64,000 nucleotides of DNA, taken from positions 249,511 through 313,510 of the forward strand of contig JANWKT010000007.1 in assembly GCA_025451235.1 (NCBI GenBank). Direction: 5' to 3'. The position numbers were made by a program, and so were the translations under genes. Below, in pieces: positions 45,391 through 55,741 of the stretch. How positions within the stretch are numbered: position 1 is the stretch's first letter; each line of letters opens with the position of its first letter. Under the pieces are notes generated by a model, which saw only the letters and a list, made by a program, of their open reading frames with translations, made no database searches and was not told where the DNA came from. Source of the DNA: Flavobacteriales bacterium (GTDB lineage Bacteria; Bacteroidota; Bacteroidia; CAIKAF01).

Positions 45391-45972
45391 CTATTGCACC
45401 TTTACCTTAAAGCGATCTATTTCCTGCTGTCCGCCGCCAGGAGAATCGATATAAGCCCTAAACGCCAGGATGAATTCAGTAGGAACCTTTCCGTTACACA
45501 TTTTTTTTATCCTGCTTAACGAGAATTTTTTATCTTTTTCTATTACCCTCAAATGAGCACCAGGGCACCAAATTGGATTCCTGGGGGATATTTGCCCGGA
45601 GTCACCATACAGTATATCAATATAAGCAAATGAACCACCGGCGCCGAGCAATTCGGTATAGTTAAAATTATCCCTGATATCGGTAAAAGCAGGGTCGGGC
45701 AAAACAAAGTGATAGCCTGTTATATCCACCACAAATGAATCAATATCCGGTATCGTATAAGAAGCAACTTCTTTTCCCGGATTTTTAGTGATAGAATGTT
45801 CATCCTTTAATACTATACAGATGGATGAAGGCAGATCTGCATTCCCAACAGCATCATTGCCGGCAACAGAATCCTTATTCGCACTGGTATCATGAGTATC
45901 GGCTTTTTTTGTGCCACAACTCAGTAGTATTGTTAGAAAAAGAAAGAAAACAATATTTTTCATATACCACAA
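45391..45972 (-). CDS. Lipoprotein, function unknown
   Basis: 193 aa. MWYMKNIVFFLFLTILLSCG has the lipobox LLSC. Confidence 0.6.
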   Translation of the reverse strand: MWYMKNIVFFLFLTILLSCGTKKADTHDTSANKDSVAGNDAVGNADLPSSICIVLKDEHSITKNPGKEVASYTIPDIDSFVVDITGYHFVLPDPAFTDIRDNFNYTELLGAGGSFAYIDILYGDSGQISPRNPIWCPGAHLRVIEKDKKFSLSRIKKMCNGKVPTEFILAFRAYIDSPGGGQQEIDRFKVKVQ

Positions 45973-46026
45973 TTTATTTCAAACATAGTATTTTTAATCA
46001 TCAATTGGTACACTAAAACGAAGACC

Positions 46027-46515
46027 ATGAAAAAAAATATTTTTTTTATTATGCTGGTTATGATACTTGGTTGCGGTAAAAAATCGCAGGAGGTTTACAT
46101 TCAAGCAAATTATTCCTCAAAAGATTCGTTCACCACCTCACTCGAAAATAACAATAATAAGGAATACACTATTTATGAGGGTGTTTTGCCTTGCAAAGAT
46201 TGCGAAGGAATAAAAACCACACTTCAAATAGCTAAAGATTACCAAACTTTCAAATTAAGCGAAGCACCCATATCCAAAGAAAAGATGCCCAATGCCGATC
46301 TAAGCATTCATTTTACCGAAGGCAAGCTAAATACCGAACGTGGTTATGAAAGGGATCCTGATGCTACCGTATATATTTTGAATTGGGAGAAATCGGAAGA
46401 CCAACAACGCCTTTTTGTTCGGCAAACTGGCAAAGACAATGAGTTATTCGAAATTGGTCAGAATAGAAAAAGATTGACGCCAAAAGAAAACTGGGTATTA
46501 AAAAAGAAAGAATAA
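46027..46515 (+). CDS. NlpE/CutF N-terminal-domain-like lipoprotein (copper/envelope-stress associated family)
   Basis: 162 aa. Lipobox ILGCG. YEGVLPCKDCEGIKTTLQI matches the CxxC-containing NlpE_N motif. Confidence 0.6.
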   Translation: MKKNIFFIMLVMILGCGKKSQEVYIQANYSSKDSFTTSLENNNNKEYTIYEGVLPCKDCEGIKTTLQIAKDYQTFKLSEAPISKEKMPNADLSIHFTEGKLNTERGYERDPDATVYILNWEKSEDQQRLFVRQTGKDNELFEIGQNRKRLTPKENWVLKKKE

Positions 46516-46595
46516 AGTTTTAGGTTAATTAACAAGATCCTGTTTCTTTTTTGGGAACTTGTACTTTATCTTTGAATACCACCATATATGACCTT

Positions 46596-47060
46596 ATGAA
46601 GGATTTTCAACTATCCATTCCAAAACCATGCCCGGCCAACTGGGACCAAATGAGCCCGGCAGGCAACGGTAAATATTGTGGTTCCTGCGAAAAAATAGTG
46701 GTGGATTTTACAGAGATGACGGATGCAGACATCAAAAATTATTTTCAGCAGCATATAGGTCAAAAAACTTGCGGACATTACAAGGCCCATCAGGTAAGTA
46801 TTCAACATAACCAGGTACAACGTTTTCTGCTGGATCTGGCGCAACAGGTGGAAGGAAAAATGTATGGAAGACCCATCAGAATTTCTCTTCTGTTTTTATT
46901 AGGTGCTGTAATGTTTCTGGCTGGGTGCAAACCTACCCTAACAGGCAAGCCAAAAATAGTGGAGGGTAGTTCATTTAATTCGCCTTTGCACGAAGAATAT
47001 CTTACAGGAGACACTAGCTATGTTCCCAGCAATACTCAGCCGGTGGAAGTCTTAACATAG
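46596..47060 (+). CDS. Membrane-anchored protein with N-terminal Cys-rich (zinc-ribbon-like) module
   Basis: IPKPCPANWDQMSPAGNGKYCGSCEKIVVDFTEMTD...CGH, followed by the TM segment ISLLFLLGAVMFLAG. The ORF track begins at TTG 46551; ATG 46596 is preferred. Confidence 0.55.
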   Translation: MKDFQLSIPKPCPANWDQMSPAGNGKYCGSCEKIVVDFTEMTDADIKNYFQQHIGQKTCGHYKAHQVSIQHNQVQRFLLDLAQQVEGKMYGRPIRISLLFLLGAVMFLAGCKPTLTGKPKIVEGSSFNSPLHEEYLTGDTSYVPSNTQPVEVLT

Positions 47061-47145
47061 AGAAATATTGTAAGGAGCAATAGGTGGTAAGGTATTTTTG
47101 AACTATTTTATTACTTTGTGATCTCTAAGATCAACCAAAGAGGTA

Positions 47146-47982
47146 ATGAATAAGGAAACATCCTCCAAAAAAACAAATTCCAAAGCCGAAAACGCCATCA
47201 GCTACTTAAACCTGGTAGTGATCTTTTTATCGGTATATGTCCTGGCAGCCTTAATAGCGGATACCTTCTTTAAATTACCTCCAGAAATTTCAAAGCTCCT
47301 CAACCATATCGACAATATTATCTGTGTCTTTTTCCTGATTGAGTTCTTCGTTCGATTTTTCAAAGCAGAGAACAAACTCAAATTCATGAAATGGGGATGG
47401 ATAGATCTGCTGGCCAGCATTCCAACTTTCGATTTTTTACGGTATGGTCGCGCCTTAAGGCTCATCCGGTTACTCCGGTTATTACGTGCATTTCGCTCCA
47501 TCAAGCATTTAATGACCCATGTATTTGCTGATCGAATGAAGGGCACCTTTACCTCTATTTCCCTCGTGGCCATTACCATGGTTATTTTCTCTTCAATTGC
47601 CATTCTACAGTTTGAAACAGTCCCTGAAAGTAAGATCAAAACAGGTGAAGAGGCCATTTGGTGGTCGTTTACAACCATCACTACAGTAGGTTATGGTGAT
47701 TATTATCCGGTAACTACCGAAGGGCGAATTGTTGCCATTTGCTTAATGTGTACAGGAGTGGGGCTTTTTGGCGTGCTCTCCGCCACCTTAGCTTCCTGGT
47801 TCGTTGCTGGAAGAAATAAAGAAATGAAGGAAGAGATCATGGAAGAAATGGAAGATGAAATTGAAAAAGAAGTAGAGGAAGAAATGGAAGAAAGAGAAGA
47901 AGAAATGAAAGATGAGATCAAGGAAGAGTTAAAAAAAGAGATGAGGGATCAAAAAATGAAGGATGATAATCCTGGTGCGTAA
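47146..47982 (+). CDS. Voltage-gated-type (6TM) potassium channel with Glu-rich C-terminal tail
   Basis: S4-like segment RALRLIRLLRLLRAFRSIKHL. Selectivity filter TTVGYGD. Tail is EEIMEEMEDEIEKEVEEEMEEREEEMKDEIKEELKKEM. Confidence 0.8.
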   Translation: MNKETSSKKTNSKAENAISYLNLVVIFLSVYVLAALIADTFFKLPPEISKLLNHIDNIICVFFLIEFFVRFFKAENKLKFMKWGWIDLLASIPTFDFLRYGRALRLIRLLRLLRAFRSIKHLMTHVFADRMKGTFTSISLVAITMVIFSSIAILQFETVPESKIKTGEEAIWWSFTTITTVGYGDYYPVTTEGRIVAICLMCTGVGLFGVLSATLASWFVAGRNKEMKEEIMEEMEDEIEKEVEEEMEEREEEMKDEIKEELKKEMRDQKMKDDNPGA

Positions 47983-48037
47983 CCATGATTAGAACATCAT
48001 AAGGGCGCAATATTACGTCCGAATAAATTCCTCAAAA

Positions 48038-49246
48038 TTACTGCACTTTATAAATATATACCTTCTTCCCTATTCCAACGATCAAATGATTTTTATCCGT
48101 TGGAACTACTTTCGGATGTTCGGTTCCCGGTAATTCAATGTCCAGGGTTTGTACTTTATGCGGAGCATGAAAAATAAGGATCCTATCCGCATCTACATTT
48201 TTTCCATTGGTGGAGTAAATACTCATAATAAAAGATATCCAGGTATGTTCGGGGTTCACATTGAGGCCAAAAGGGATAAATGAGTTTTCTTCCTTCTTCA
48301 ATCCTTTATGCACAATAAAATCCTCATAATGTTTTTGCAGGTCCACCGTCTGATCTGTAATACCCTTAAATTCATCAATAAACAGAAGTTTATAGGAAGG
48401 GTTCGTAAAATTCCCACCTCCGTAAGTGATCAAATGATCTTTAAATTCCATAAATCCATAATAATGGTCGGCCAGAACATCGTCCCATAAAATTTTGCCT
48501 GAATGGTCAAATTTCATGACATGGGTTTTAGGAGTATCGGTTTGTTCCAGTGTAAAAATAATCCCATCGTTTTTCAAAAAATCGCTTACCGTAGACTGGG
48601 TACTTGGTTTAAAGGCTAGATGAAACGATTCGTCATTCAATAATTTACCGGTATGGTCATATAAATGTGTGGTCAATGTTTTATCAAAAATATATTCTTT
48701 CAAAAACAAAACGCTATCCACCCCAAAACAATGGATATTATAAACAGAAAGCTCTTCATTTACGGAGAAAACCTTTTCAAGATCCGGATTATAAAAATCA
48801 ACGGTCGCCTGGCGAGGCTTTGATACGGTGTTGGGTTGATAAGCAAAGTAAAAAAGATGGTCATCCGTCATTTCTATGTCCAGGTAATAATGAGCCCCAT
48901 TGTTCACCCTGGGAAACTTAATTTCTTTCATTATCTTATAAGTAGTCGAGGTCTCTTCATATTTGCGAAGGGTGATCTCGTTCTCCGAATAACTGGTAGT
49001 ATATAAATGGTAATGGTCGGCAAACAACAAATTTTCGTTCAATCCGATCTCGAATTTTATGCCATCGTTCACCACCACATAAATGTCATCCGTTTTTTTA
49101 CACAAGAAAAGGGGGCTATCACCACATTTTGGAAAATGAACGATCCTTGAAACCGGATAATCCAGGTCGATGGTTTTTAAAAGCGTTATCTGACCATAAG
49201 ATGTAAAGCATAGCAATAGGGAAAAAACAAAGACTATTTTTTTCAT
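48038..49246 (-). CDS. Secreted protein of unknown function
   Basis: 402 aa. Signal peptide MKKIVFVFSLLLCFTSYGQ. AT-rich coding. No motif recognised. Confidence 0.65.
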   Translation of the reverse strand: MKKIVFVFSLLLCFTSYGQITLLKTIDLDYPVSRIVHFPKCGDSPLFLCKKTDDIYVVVNDGIKFEIGLNENLLFADHYHLYTTSYSENEITLRKYEETSTTYKIMKEIKFPRVNNGAHYYLDIEMTDDHLFYFAYQPNTVSKPRQATVDFYNPDLEKVFSVNEELSVYNIHCFGVDSVLFLKEYIFDKTLTTHLYDHTGKLLNDESFHLAFKPSTQSTVSDFLKNDGIIFTLEQTDTPKTHVMKFDHSGKILWDDVLADHYYGFMEFKDHLITYGGGNFTNPSYKLLFIDEFKGITDQTVDLQKHYEDFIVHKGLKKEENSFIPFGLNVNPEHTWISFIMSIYSTNGKNVDADRILIFHAPHKVQTLDIELPGTEHPKVVPTDKNHLIVGIGKKVYIYKVQ

Positions 49247-49482
49247 GTATGAAGATGTAAACTCAGTCTAAAGATACGATTATTTAAGATTTTTTAGAAA
49301 AAATTTATAACTGCATAAAATCGGCTGGAAAGGCACGTCCCTATTCAGTTTTAAACGCGATCCAAGGAGTCTTTTTTGATGATTTTTATTGTGTTAAAAC
49401 CTCATCGTTTAACAAAATTAAAGATATTATCAACTTCTATAACAATTTCACATTCATAAACCTAGTACATTTACAATAACCT

Positions 49483-50223
49483 ATGCAGCAGGAATCTGGC
49501 ATACAACGAAAAAGCATAGCACAAGCACTTTTAGTGGGGTTTGTGTTCACTTTGGCCCCCTGGCTGGTGTATGGTTATGAACGTATCAACCTGATCAGTC
49601 TTTCCGATTATGGTTTACTTCCCAGGAGTTTTTTACAGTTCTATGGAATTCTTAGCATGCCTTTTTTACATGGAGGTATAGAGCATTTGGTAAGCAATAC
49701 AGCTCCTTTGTTTATCTTAACTACGTTTCTTTATTATTTCTACAAGAGGTTTTTTGGATGGGTCTACCTCAGTATATACCTATTAACAGGTTTCTGGACC
49801 TGGATGATCGGTCGTCCCGATATACATATCGGCGCTTCAGGGGTAGTTTATGGGCTTACAGCCTTCATTTTTTTTAGCGGAGCTTGGAGTAAGAATTATC
49901 GTTTGGCCGCCATTTCTCTTTTGATCGTTTTTTTATACGGAAGTATTATCTGGGGAATATTCCCCATGCAACCAACTGTATCGTGGGAAGGCCATTTAAG
50001 TGGTTTCGTTGCAGGATTGGTAATGAGTGTTTATTTTAGAAAAGATCTTCCCAAACGCAAAAAATACGATTGGGAAATGGCCGAGGATGACACTGAATAT
50101 GTGAAGGTGCCCGTAGAAGAAATGGAAAACGGCGTTATAGTAACCCGTTATATTTATGTTCCAAAAAATAAAGTAATTAACCTCGATGAATATGAAACAG
50201 ACCGATTGGACAGAGATCAATAA
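49483..50223 (+). CDS. Rhomboid-family intramembrane serine protease
   Basis: 246 aa, 6 [12 protein letters not shown], the catalytic GASGVVYGL (GxSG), and a downstream H in [11 protein letters not shown]. Confidence 0.8.
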   Translation: MQQESGIQRKSIAQALLVGFVFTLAPWLVYGYERINLISLSDYGLLPRSFLQFYGILSMPFLHGGIEHLVSNTAPLFILTTFLYYFYKRFFGWVYLSIYLLTGFWTWMIGRPDIHIGASGVVYGLTAFIFFSGAWSKNYRLAAISLLIVFLYGSIIWGIFPMQPTVSWEGHLSGFVAGLVMSVYFRKDLPKRKKYDWEMAEDDTEYVKVPVEEMENGVIVTRYIYVPKNKVINLDEYETDRLDRDQ

Positions 50224-50434
50224 CCAGCTAGTTAAAGAATTTACTTTTAAAGACTTTACCCAAGCCTGGGGGTTTATGACCAAAGTAGCATTTGTAGCAG
50301 AAAAAATGAACCACCATCCCGAATGGACCAACTGCTGGAATAAAGTAACTATCCGATTATCAACCCATGATGCAGGAAATATAATTACTGAAAAAGATAG
50401 AAACTTAGCCCAGGCAATCGAAAACCTGATCTAG
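50186..50434 (+). CDS. phhB: 4a-hydroxytetrahydrobiopterin (pterin-4a-carbinolamine) dehydratase
   Basis: 82 aa. [44 protein letters not shown] is the PCD signature. Overlaps the rhomboid 3' end by 38 nt (32 nt if it starts at ATG 50192). Confidence 0.85.
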   Translation: MNMKQTDWTEINNQLVKEFTFKDFTQAWGFMTKVAFVAEKMNHHPEWTNCWNKVTIRLSTHDAGNIITEKDRNLAQAIENLI

Positions 50435-53400
50435 TTATTCAATATGACTGATGAGGTGGAAGAAACTAGCTTGATCCCCTCCCTGGAATTCAACCACAAA
50501 ATAGTACACCCCATCTACCGCTGGATTATCGGTATCCTTATGCAATCCATCCCAACAAGGCTCCTCATATTCACTTTCCCAGATTTCAGTCCCCCAACGG
50601 TTAAATACATGCAGCTTATAGCAATATTCTCCGTTCAGTCCGATAGGGCAAAACTGATCATTTAAACCAGCTGTATTAAAAGGTGTGAATACATTGGGCA
50701 TATCCAAATCGAACAGGTCACCAAAATTACCTGAGTTAAAAGGTAAGGACATCGAATCGATACATGCTCCGTTATAAGCCCAAAGGGTAATGATATATGA
50801 ACTCGACCAATCCAGCACCACACTATCACTTCCCGCCGGAAGGGGAAGGAAATTCAAAAAGAACTGGGTGCTGTCTGCACCGATAGAAAGATCATTCAAA
50901 GCAAGACTGACCCCATTGCATGATACATAGGATGTATAATTAAAATCAGCGTTCACAGGTAAATCTACATTTACCTGTCTGGTGATGGTATCTATACACG
51001 TTCCATCATCCAATAACAGCGTATACAAAATACTGCTGGAAGGGTTGGCGGTAGGATCAGAAATCGTATCAAAATTTAAAGCAGTGGATGGTGACCATTG
51101 GTAAGAGGCACTTGGATTATTGGGCAAACCTATTTGTACAAAATCGCCTTGACATATAGTAAGGGTTGGCAATGCATAAGCCGTATCATCATCCACAATC
51201 ACCAGCGTTTTGTACATAGTATCCTGCGATACACAAGTAATAAAAGTAGTATCAATAACGATCAGTTCAATCACATAAGTGCCTGGTCCGGGATAAGTAT
51301 GTACGGGGTCATGCAACAAAGAAGTATCTCCGTCACCAAAGTCCCAGTGGAAATAATTTCCACCCACGGTGGTATTGTTGAATGTAATATCATAGGTACT
51401 GCACAAGGTGTCAGGAATATTGAAATCAGCTACCACTGTTGGAAGTTCATATTGAAACTTGAACAATCCATTGTTACAGTTACTGCTATTATTGGTAGTG
51501 CTCCAAACACCGGGAGTGGTTGGAAAATCATCGTTATTTTGGCATCCGGCACATACAGATTGGTAAACCACTCCCTGCCTGCTAAAACGGCTGGTTCCTC
51601 CATCCACATGCTCATGGCTGAGGTTTCCACCAAAATAAGAACCATATAAAAGAGAACCAAAGTTGGTGCTGAAAGCCGCCAGGTAAAAATTAAATCCATC
51701 GCCATTCGTTCCTTGAAGGGCATTGGCTGTTACGGGCATTCCATTCAAAGGAGTTGATTGTAATATATTGGCTCCCCAGCCAGAGATATAAATATTTCCA
51801 CACTTGTCCACCAGGAAAGCGGTAGGAGAAATGTTGATCCCAAAATTATCATTCCCGAATTTTGAAGAAAACAATAAGGTAGAAAGGGTACTATCAAATT
51901 TACAGATGAACTGTCCACTATTCGCATTGGCATAACCGGCATTTACTACAGGAAATGCTCCTGAATTAGATGTTTGCCCGTAAAGATAAACATCGCGGTA
52001 TGGATCCAATTCAACACAGAAACTTTGATCATAACCATTGGTACCCATTAAGGTTGAATGCATAAGGATATTTCCTCCAGCACTTATTTTAACCAGATAA
52101 GCATCGGTTTTCCCACCTGCATAAGCAGGTTGATAAACACCTGCGGTGGTAGGAAAATTATTGGAGCTCGTCCCTCCGGTAACAAACATATTGTTGAATT
52201 CATCTACTTTAATAGCATAAGCCGCGTCCTTTCCTGTGCCCCCCAGGAAGGTCGAAAAGATCAACGTGTCCAAGGTTGGATTGAACTTAAATACTACTGC
52301 ATCCTGGTTACCGGCAATAGCGGGTTGATATGCATTTAAAGTAGGGAAATCGGGAGAATAGGTAGAAGTAGCTACATAAATATTATCCAACGAATCCACA
52401 TAAATTTCTCCTCTAAACTGATCACCATAATTAAACATCAAGGAATCGTATAGGGCTGTATTCGTATTGAAATTCACGCCATCATTTGCCGAACCACCAA
52501 TAAAAGTGGAACCGATCAAAGCAGTACCGGCATTATTGAATTTAGTCACATAGATATCGGTCCCGATATCAAAGGTAGAGCCGTTTTGAGGAAATGACAT
52601 AAAAGAACCGCCATTGAATGTAGTATCATAAGCACCCGTGGTCACTGGAAAATTATTGGAACTGGTAACACCATATACACATAGATTATCGTAGTTGTCT
52701 ACGATCATACTATGGATGGTTTCAGTTCCAGAATTGGTGGTCCCACCTCCTAAATAAGTTGAATAAACCTGTGAAACTCCATCAGGAGAATATTTTGTGA
52801 TCACCACATCCGTTATCCCAGCCACATTAAATCCGGCGATCGCAGTAGTTTGATAAGCCCCGGCAGTAACCGGATATCCTACCCCAAAGGCAGTTCCTCC
52901 ACCATACAAGTTACCTGCATCATTAAAGGTGGCAGTCATTCCAAAGTTGTCAGCAGTGGATCCGGAATAAGTAGCAAATATAAGGGTAGGGTCAATGATC
53001 ACCGGAAGACTAGGGTCCGCCAAATCGGTCATGGCAAAGCTCACCTGATTTCCCGACAATTTATATACGCATGCAATGCTTACTTTATCTCCATCAATAT
53101 TCTGATAAGCAAAAGGTTTTTCTTCTGTTATTTCACCAAGACTGGTAGTAATCACCACTCCGCCATCTTTCAAAGAGATCTTATCCGCTCCTTGATAATT
53201 CAATTGAATATTTTTATAATCAGCTCCTGGATGAACAATAAAATCATATTTCATCTTACCACCGGCAGAATAATATTGAATATCAATCCCAGGCCAGATA
53301 TTTTTGCAAAGCACCTGTGCCACCGGATATAATTTTCTTACCCATCTGCGGCTATCATTGCCTCTGTAGAAATTGGTATAATAGGACTGAGGCTGTGATG

Positions 53401-53698
53401 AGATCACCGAAGAGGGAGCTGAACTATTCACGAAATTCACTTTTACCGAGTGACCTTTGATAACAGCATCATGATCGGGAATAAGTGGAGTTCCATGCAT
53501 GTCATAGATCTCATGCCAATCAACAAAATGGTAGGTGATTCCACCTTTTTCCAGGAACATAGCTCCACTGGGAATATCTGCTTTGTATAAAAAGTCACCA
53601 TCCCATTGGCCCTTATTCTCAATAAAAGAAAAACGGCTTTGTGACCAAAGATTGCATAGAAATAGGAAGGAGAAAAACAGGGTGATCGTTCTTTTCAT
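50435..53698 (-). CDS. SBBP-type beta-propeller-repeat / PKD surface protein with type B (gliding-motility-associated) T9SS C-terminal domain
   Basis: 1087 aa. Signal peptide. N-terminus FIENKGQWDGDFLYKADIPSGAMFLEKGGITYHF. Repeated ..YSTYLGG../..GSTFIGG../..FSTFLGG.. propeller blades. PKD-like HWDFGDGDTSLLHDPVHTYPGPGTYVI. C-terminus NVFTPFNTAGLNDQF...FNRWGTEIW...WDG...GVYYFVV. Confidence 0.8.
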   Translation of the reverse strand: MKRTITLFFSFLFLCNLWSQSRFSFIENKGQWDGDFLYKADIPSGAMFLEKGGITYHFVDWHEIYDMHGTPLIPDHDAVIKGHSVKVNFVNSSAPSSVISSQPQSYYTNFYRGNDSRRWVRKLYPVAQVLCKNIWPGIDIQYYSAGGKMKYDFIVHPGADYKNIQLNYQGADKISLKDGGVVITTSLGEITEEKPFAYQNIDGDKVSIACVYKLSGNQVSFAMTDLADPSLPVIIDPTLIFATYSGSTADNFGMTATFNDAGNLYGGGTAFGVGYPVTAGAYQTTAIAGFNVAGITDVVITKYSPDGVSQVYSTYLGGGTTNSGTETIHSMIVDNYDNLCVYGVTSSNNFPVTTGAYDTTFNGGSFMSFPQNGSTFDIGTDIYVTKFNNAGTALIGSTFIGGSANDGVNFNTNTALYDSLMFNYGDQFRGEIYVDSLDNIYVATSTYSPDFPTLNAYQPAIAGNQDAVVFKFNPTLDTLIFSTFLGGTGKDAAYAIKVDEFNNMFVTGGTSSNNFPTTAGVYQPAYAGGKTDAYLVKISAGGNILMHSTLMGTNGYDQSFCVELDPYRDVYLYGQTSNSGAFPVVNAGYANANSGQFICKFDSTLSTLLFSSKFGNDNFGINISPTAFLVDKCGNIYISGWGANILQSTPLNGMPVTANALQGTNGDGFNFYLAAFSTNFGSLLYGSYFGGNLSHEHVDGGTSRFSRQGVVYQSVCAGCQNNDDFPTTPGVWSTTNNSSNCNNGLFKFQYELPTVVADFNIPDTLCSTYDITFNNTTVGGNYFHWDFGDGDTSLLHDPVHTYPGPGTYVIELIVIDTTFITCVSQDTMYKTLVIVDDDTAYALPTLTICQGDFVQIGLPNNPSASYQWSPSTALNFDTISDPTANPSSSILYTLLLDDGTCIDTITRQVNVDLPVNADFNYTSYVSCNGVSLALNDLSIGADSTQFFLNFLPLPAGSDSVVLDWSSSYIITLWAYNGACIDSMSLPFNSGNFGDLFDLDMPNVFTPFNTAGLNDQFCPIGLNGEYCYKLHVFNRWGTEIWESEYEEPCWDGLHKDTDNPAVDGVYYFVVEFQGGDQASFFHLISHIE

Positions 53699-53785
53699 AA
53701 TAACTCCTCGGATTATAGATAAATGTACTAACTAATACGTAAATAACCAACAAAAAAAGGGAATTATATTAAAAAAAGCTTGTAT

Positions 53786-55735
53786 TTATTTTCCAGTTAC
53801 TTTAAACTCCGTCCTTCTGTTAAGTGCCCTTCCTGCCTCGGTTCCATTGTCTGCAATGGGCATAGTATCCCCATAACCTTTATAGGTAAGCCTGGTGGCA
53901 GCCACTCCTTTTGATACCAAATAATCGTAAACGGATTTTGCCCTGTTTTGTGAAAGTACCTGATTGTGGCTTTTGGAACCCTGGTTATCCGTATGCCCTG
54001 AAATTTCAATTTTTAATTTGGGGTTCTTATTGAGCAGGGCAATTAATTTTTCCAATTCAGTTGTTGATTCTGGTTTAAGATCGAACATATCTGTATCGAA
54101 AAATATATTTTTTAATATGATCGTTTCTCCAACCTCAATTGATTTCAAGCCAATATCAATTAAAAAAGGCTGCCTTTTGTCCTCCACCTTCATATCAAAC
54201 GCCTCTGAATGGAATAAATAACCGTCAGCGGTCACATTCAAAGCATACCTGCGATTTTCAGGTATTGAAACCAGGAAATCGCCTGTTTTTACATCCGAGA
54301 AGGAAGTGATGATCACTTTTCCTGTTTCTACATCTATCAGTTCAAAGTCGGCCTGTAACGGGATCTTTGTATTGGCATCAAAAATATGTCCTTTTAGGTA
54401 GGTGGTGTATACCGGTTGGGCTTCTTTGTACAACTCGAAAAAATAAAGATCATACTCTCCCATTCCTCCTTCAATATTCTTACTGGCAAAATAGCCCCGT
54501 GTACCATCAGCGCTGATCACCAGACTTCTTTCATCATAGGGTGTATTGATGGGATAACCTATATTCTGAGGAGTTGAAAAATGTCCAAGGTTATCCACCC
54601 TGCTAAAATAAAAATCGTACCCTCCTACCCCGTATCTTCCATTAGAAACGAAATAAAAAGTTTCATTGTCAGGGTGAATAAAGGGTGATATCTCATCACC
54701 TATGGTATTGATCTCTTTGCCCAAATTAACCGGATCGGTCCAACTTCCATCCTGGTTCAGCGTAGTTTTCCAGATATCATTTCCGCCTAATCCCCCTCCC
54801 CTGGTGCTGGTAAAATAAAGGGTCTTACCATCGCTTGAAAAAGAAGGCTGTGACTCAAAGGCAGTAGTATTTACGTTTTCCGGCAATGCTTTGGGGGTTG
54901 ACCATGTTTTGCCCACTTTTTCGGAATAATAAATATCCATCGATCCTTCCCTGAAGTTGATCTTAGTGGTAGCCGCAAAGAATAAGTACCTACCATCAGG
55001 CGATAGATTGGCTGCGCCTTCGTTGCAATCTGTATTCAAAGGTCTTCCGCTGTTCTTTCTTAAACTCCATTGCCCATTTGTATTAGTCGACTCATGAAAA
55101 TCCTCGATTTTTCCGCTGGCCGTAGCACAGGACTGGGTGGTCATAGGCTCCAATACTGTATAGATCAAAAAACTCCCATCCCCAACCAATGAAGGATGAT
55201 ATTCGCTATAAGCGCTATTGATATTTGGGCCCATGTTTTGTGGCTCAAAAGGAACCGGATGGGTTACAATGGAATCGGCTATATAATCTGCATAGGCTTT
55301 TCTTTCATAAATAAGCCGGGTCTCTTCTTTCATTTTCTTTCCCGACTTCAGGTAATCCACATACGCTTTATACGCCTTTCCAAACATGAACTGTTCATGA
55401 TAAATATCTCCCAATGCTGCATAGGCCTCTCCAAATTCTTTTTTATCGATCTCAATCGCTTTCAATAAAGCTTCCTCCGCTTGGGCATATTCCTTTTTTT
55501 CTTTGTGCATTAATGCCTTTAAAAGATAAGGCTCTCCAAAATTCGGATCAGCTTTGATGGCCAGATCGCAATTCTTCATGGCACATTTATCATCAAACTC
55601 ATTGTAACATTTAAAAGCAGCATCCATGTATTTGATGGCTTTCTTATTCTTAGATGAATACTGAGCAAACGACTGGGTTTGACAACTGAGTAATAAAAAA
55701 GAAAAAGACAGTAAAAAAAGGTATTTTTTCGTCAT
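53786..55735 (-). CDS. OmpA-family protein (TPR, TolB-like PD40 propeller, CarboxypepD_reg-like and OmpA_C domains)
   Basis: 649 aa. Signal peptide/lipobox LLLSCQ. PD40-like repeats (SPDGRYLFFA, SSDGKTLYFTS). C-terminus ISGHTDNQGSKSHNQVLSQNRAKSVYDYLVSKGV...LNRRTEFKV is the OmpA peptidoglycan-binding domain. Confidence 0.85.
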   Translation of the reverse strand: MTKKYLFLLSFSFLLLSCQTQSFAQYSSKNKKAIKYMDAAFKCYNEFDDKCAMKNCDLAIKADPNFGEPYLLKALMHKEKKEYAQAEEALLKAIEIDKKEFGEAYAALGDIYHEQFMFGKAYKAYVDYLKSGKKMKEETRLIYERKAYADYIADSIVTHPVPFEPQNMGPNINSAYSEYHPSLVGDGSFLIYTVLEPMTTQSCATASGKIEDFHESTNTNGQWSLRKNSGRPLNTDCNEGAANLSPDGRYLFFAATTKINFREGSMDIYYSEKVGKTWSTPKALPENVNTTAFESQPSFSSDGKTLYFTSTRGGGLGGNDIWKTTLNQDGSWTDPVNLGKEINTIGDEISPFIHPDNETFYFVSNGRYGVGGYDFYFSRVDNLGHFSTPQNIGYPINTPYDERSLVISADGTRGYFASKNIEGGMGEYDLYFFELYKEAQPVYTTYLKGHIFDANTKIPLQADFELIDVETGKVIITSFSDVKTGDFLVSIPENRRYALNVTADGYLFHSEAFDMKVEDKRQPFLIDIGLKSIEVGETIILKNIFFDTDMFDLKPESTTELEKLIALLNKNPKLKIEISGHTDNQGSKSHNQVLSQNRAKSVYDYLVSKGVAATRLTYKGYGDTMPIADNGTEAGRALNRRTEFKVTGK

Positions 55736-55741
55736 AGTATC

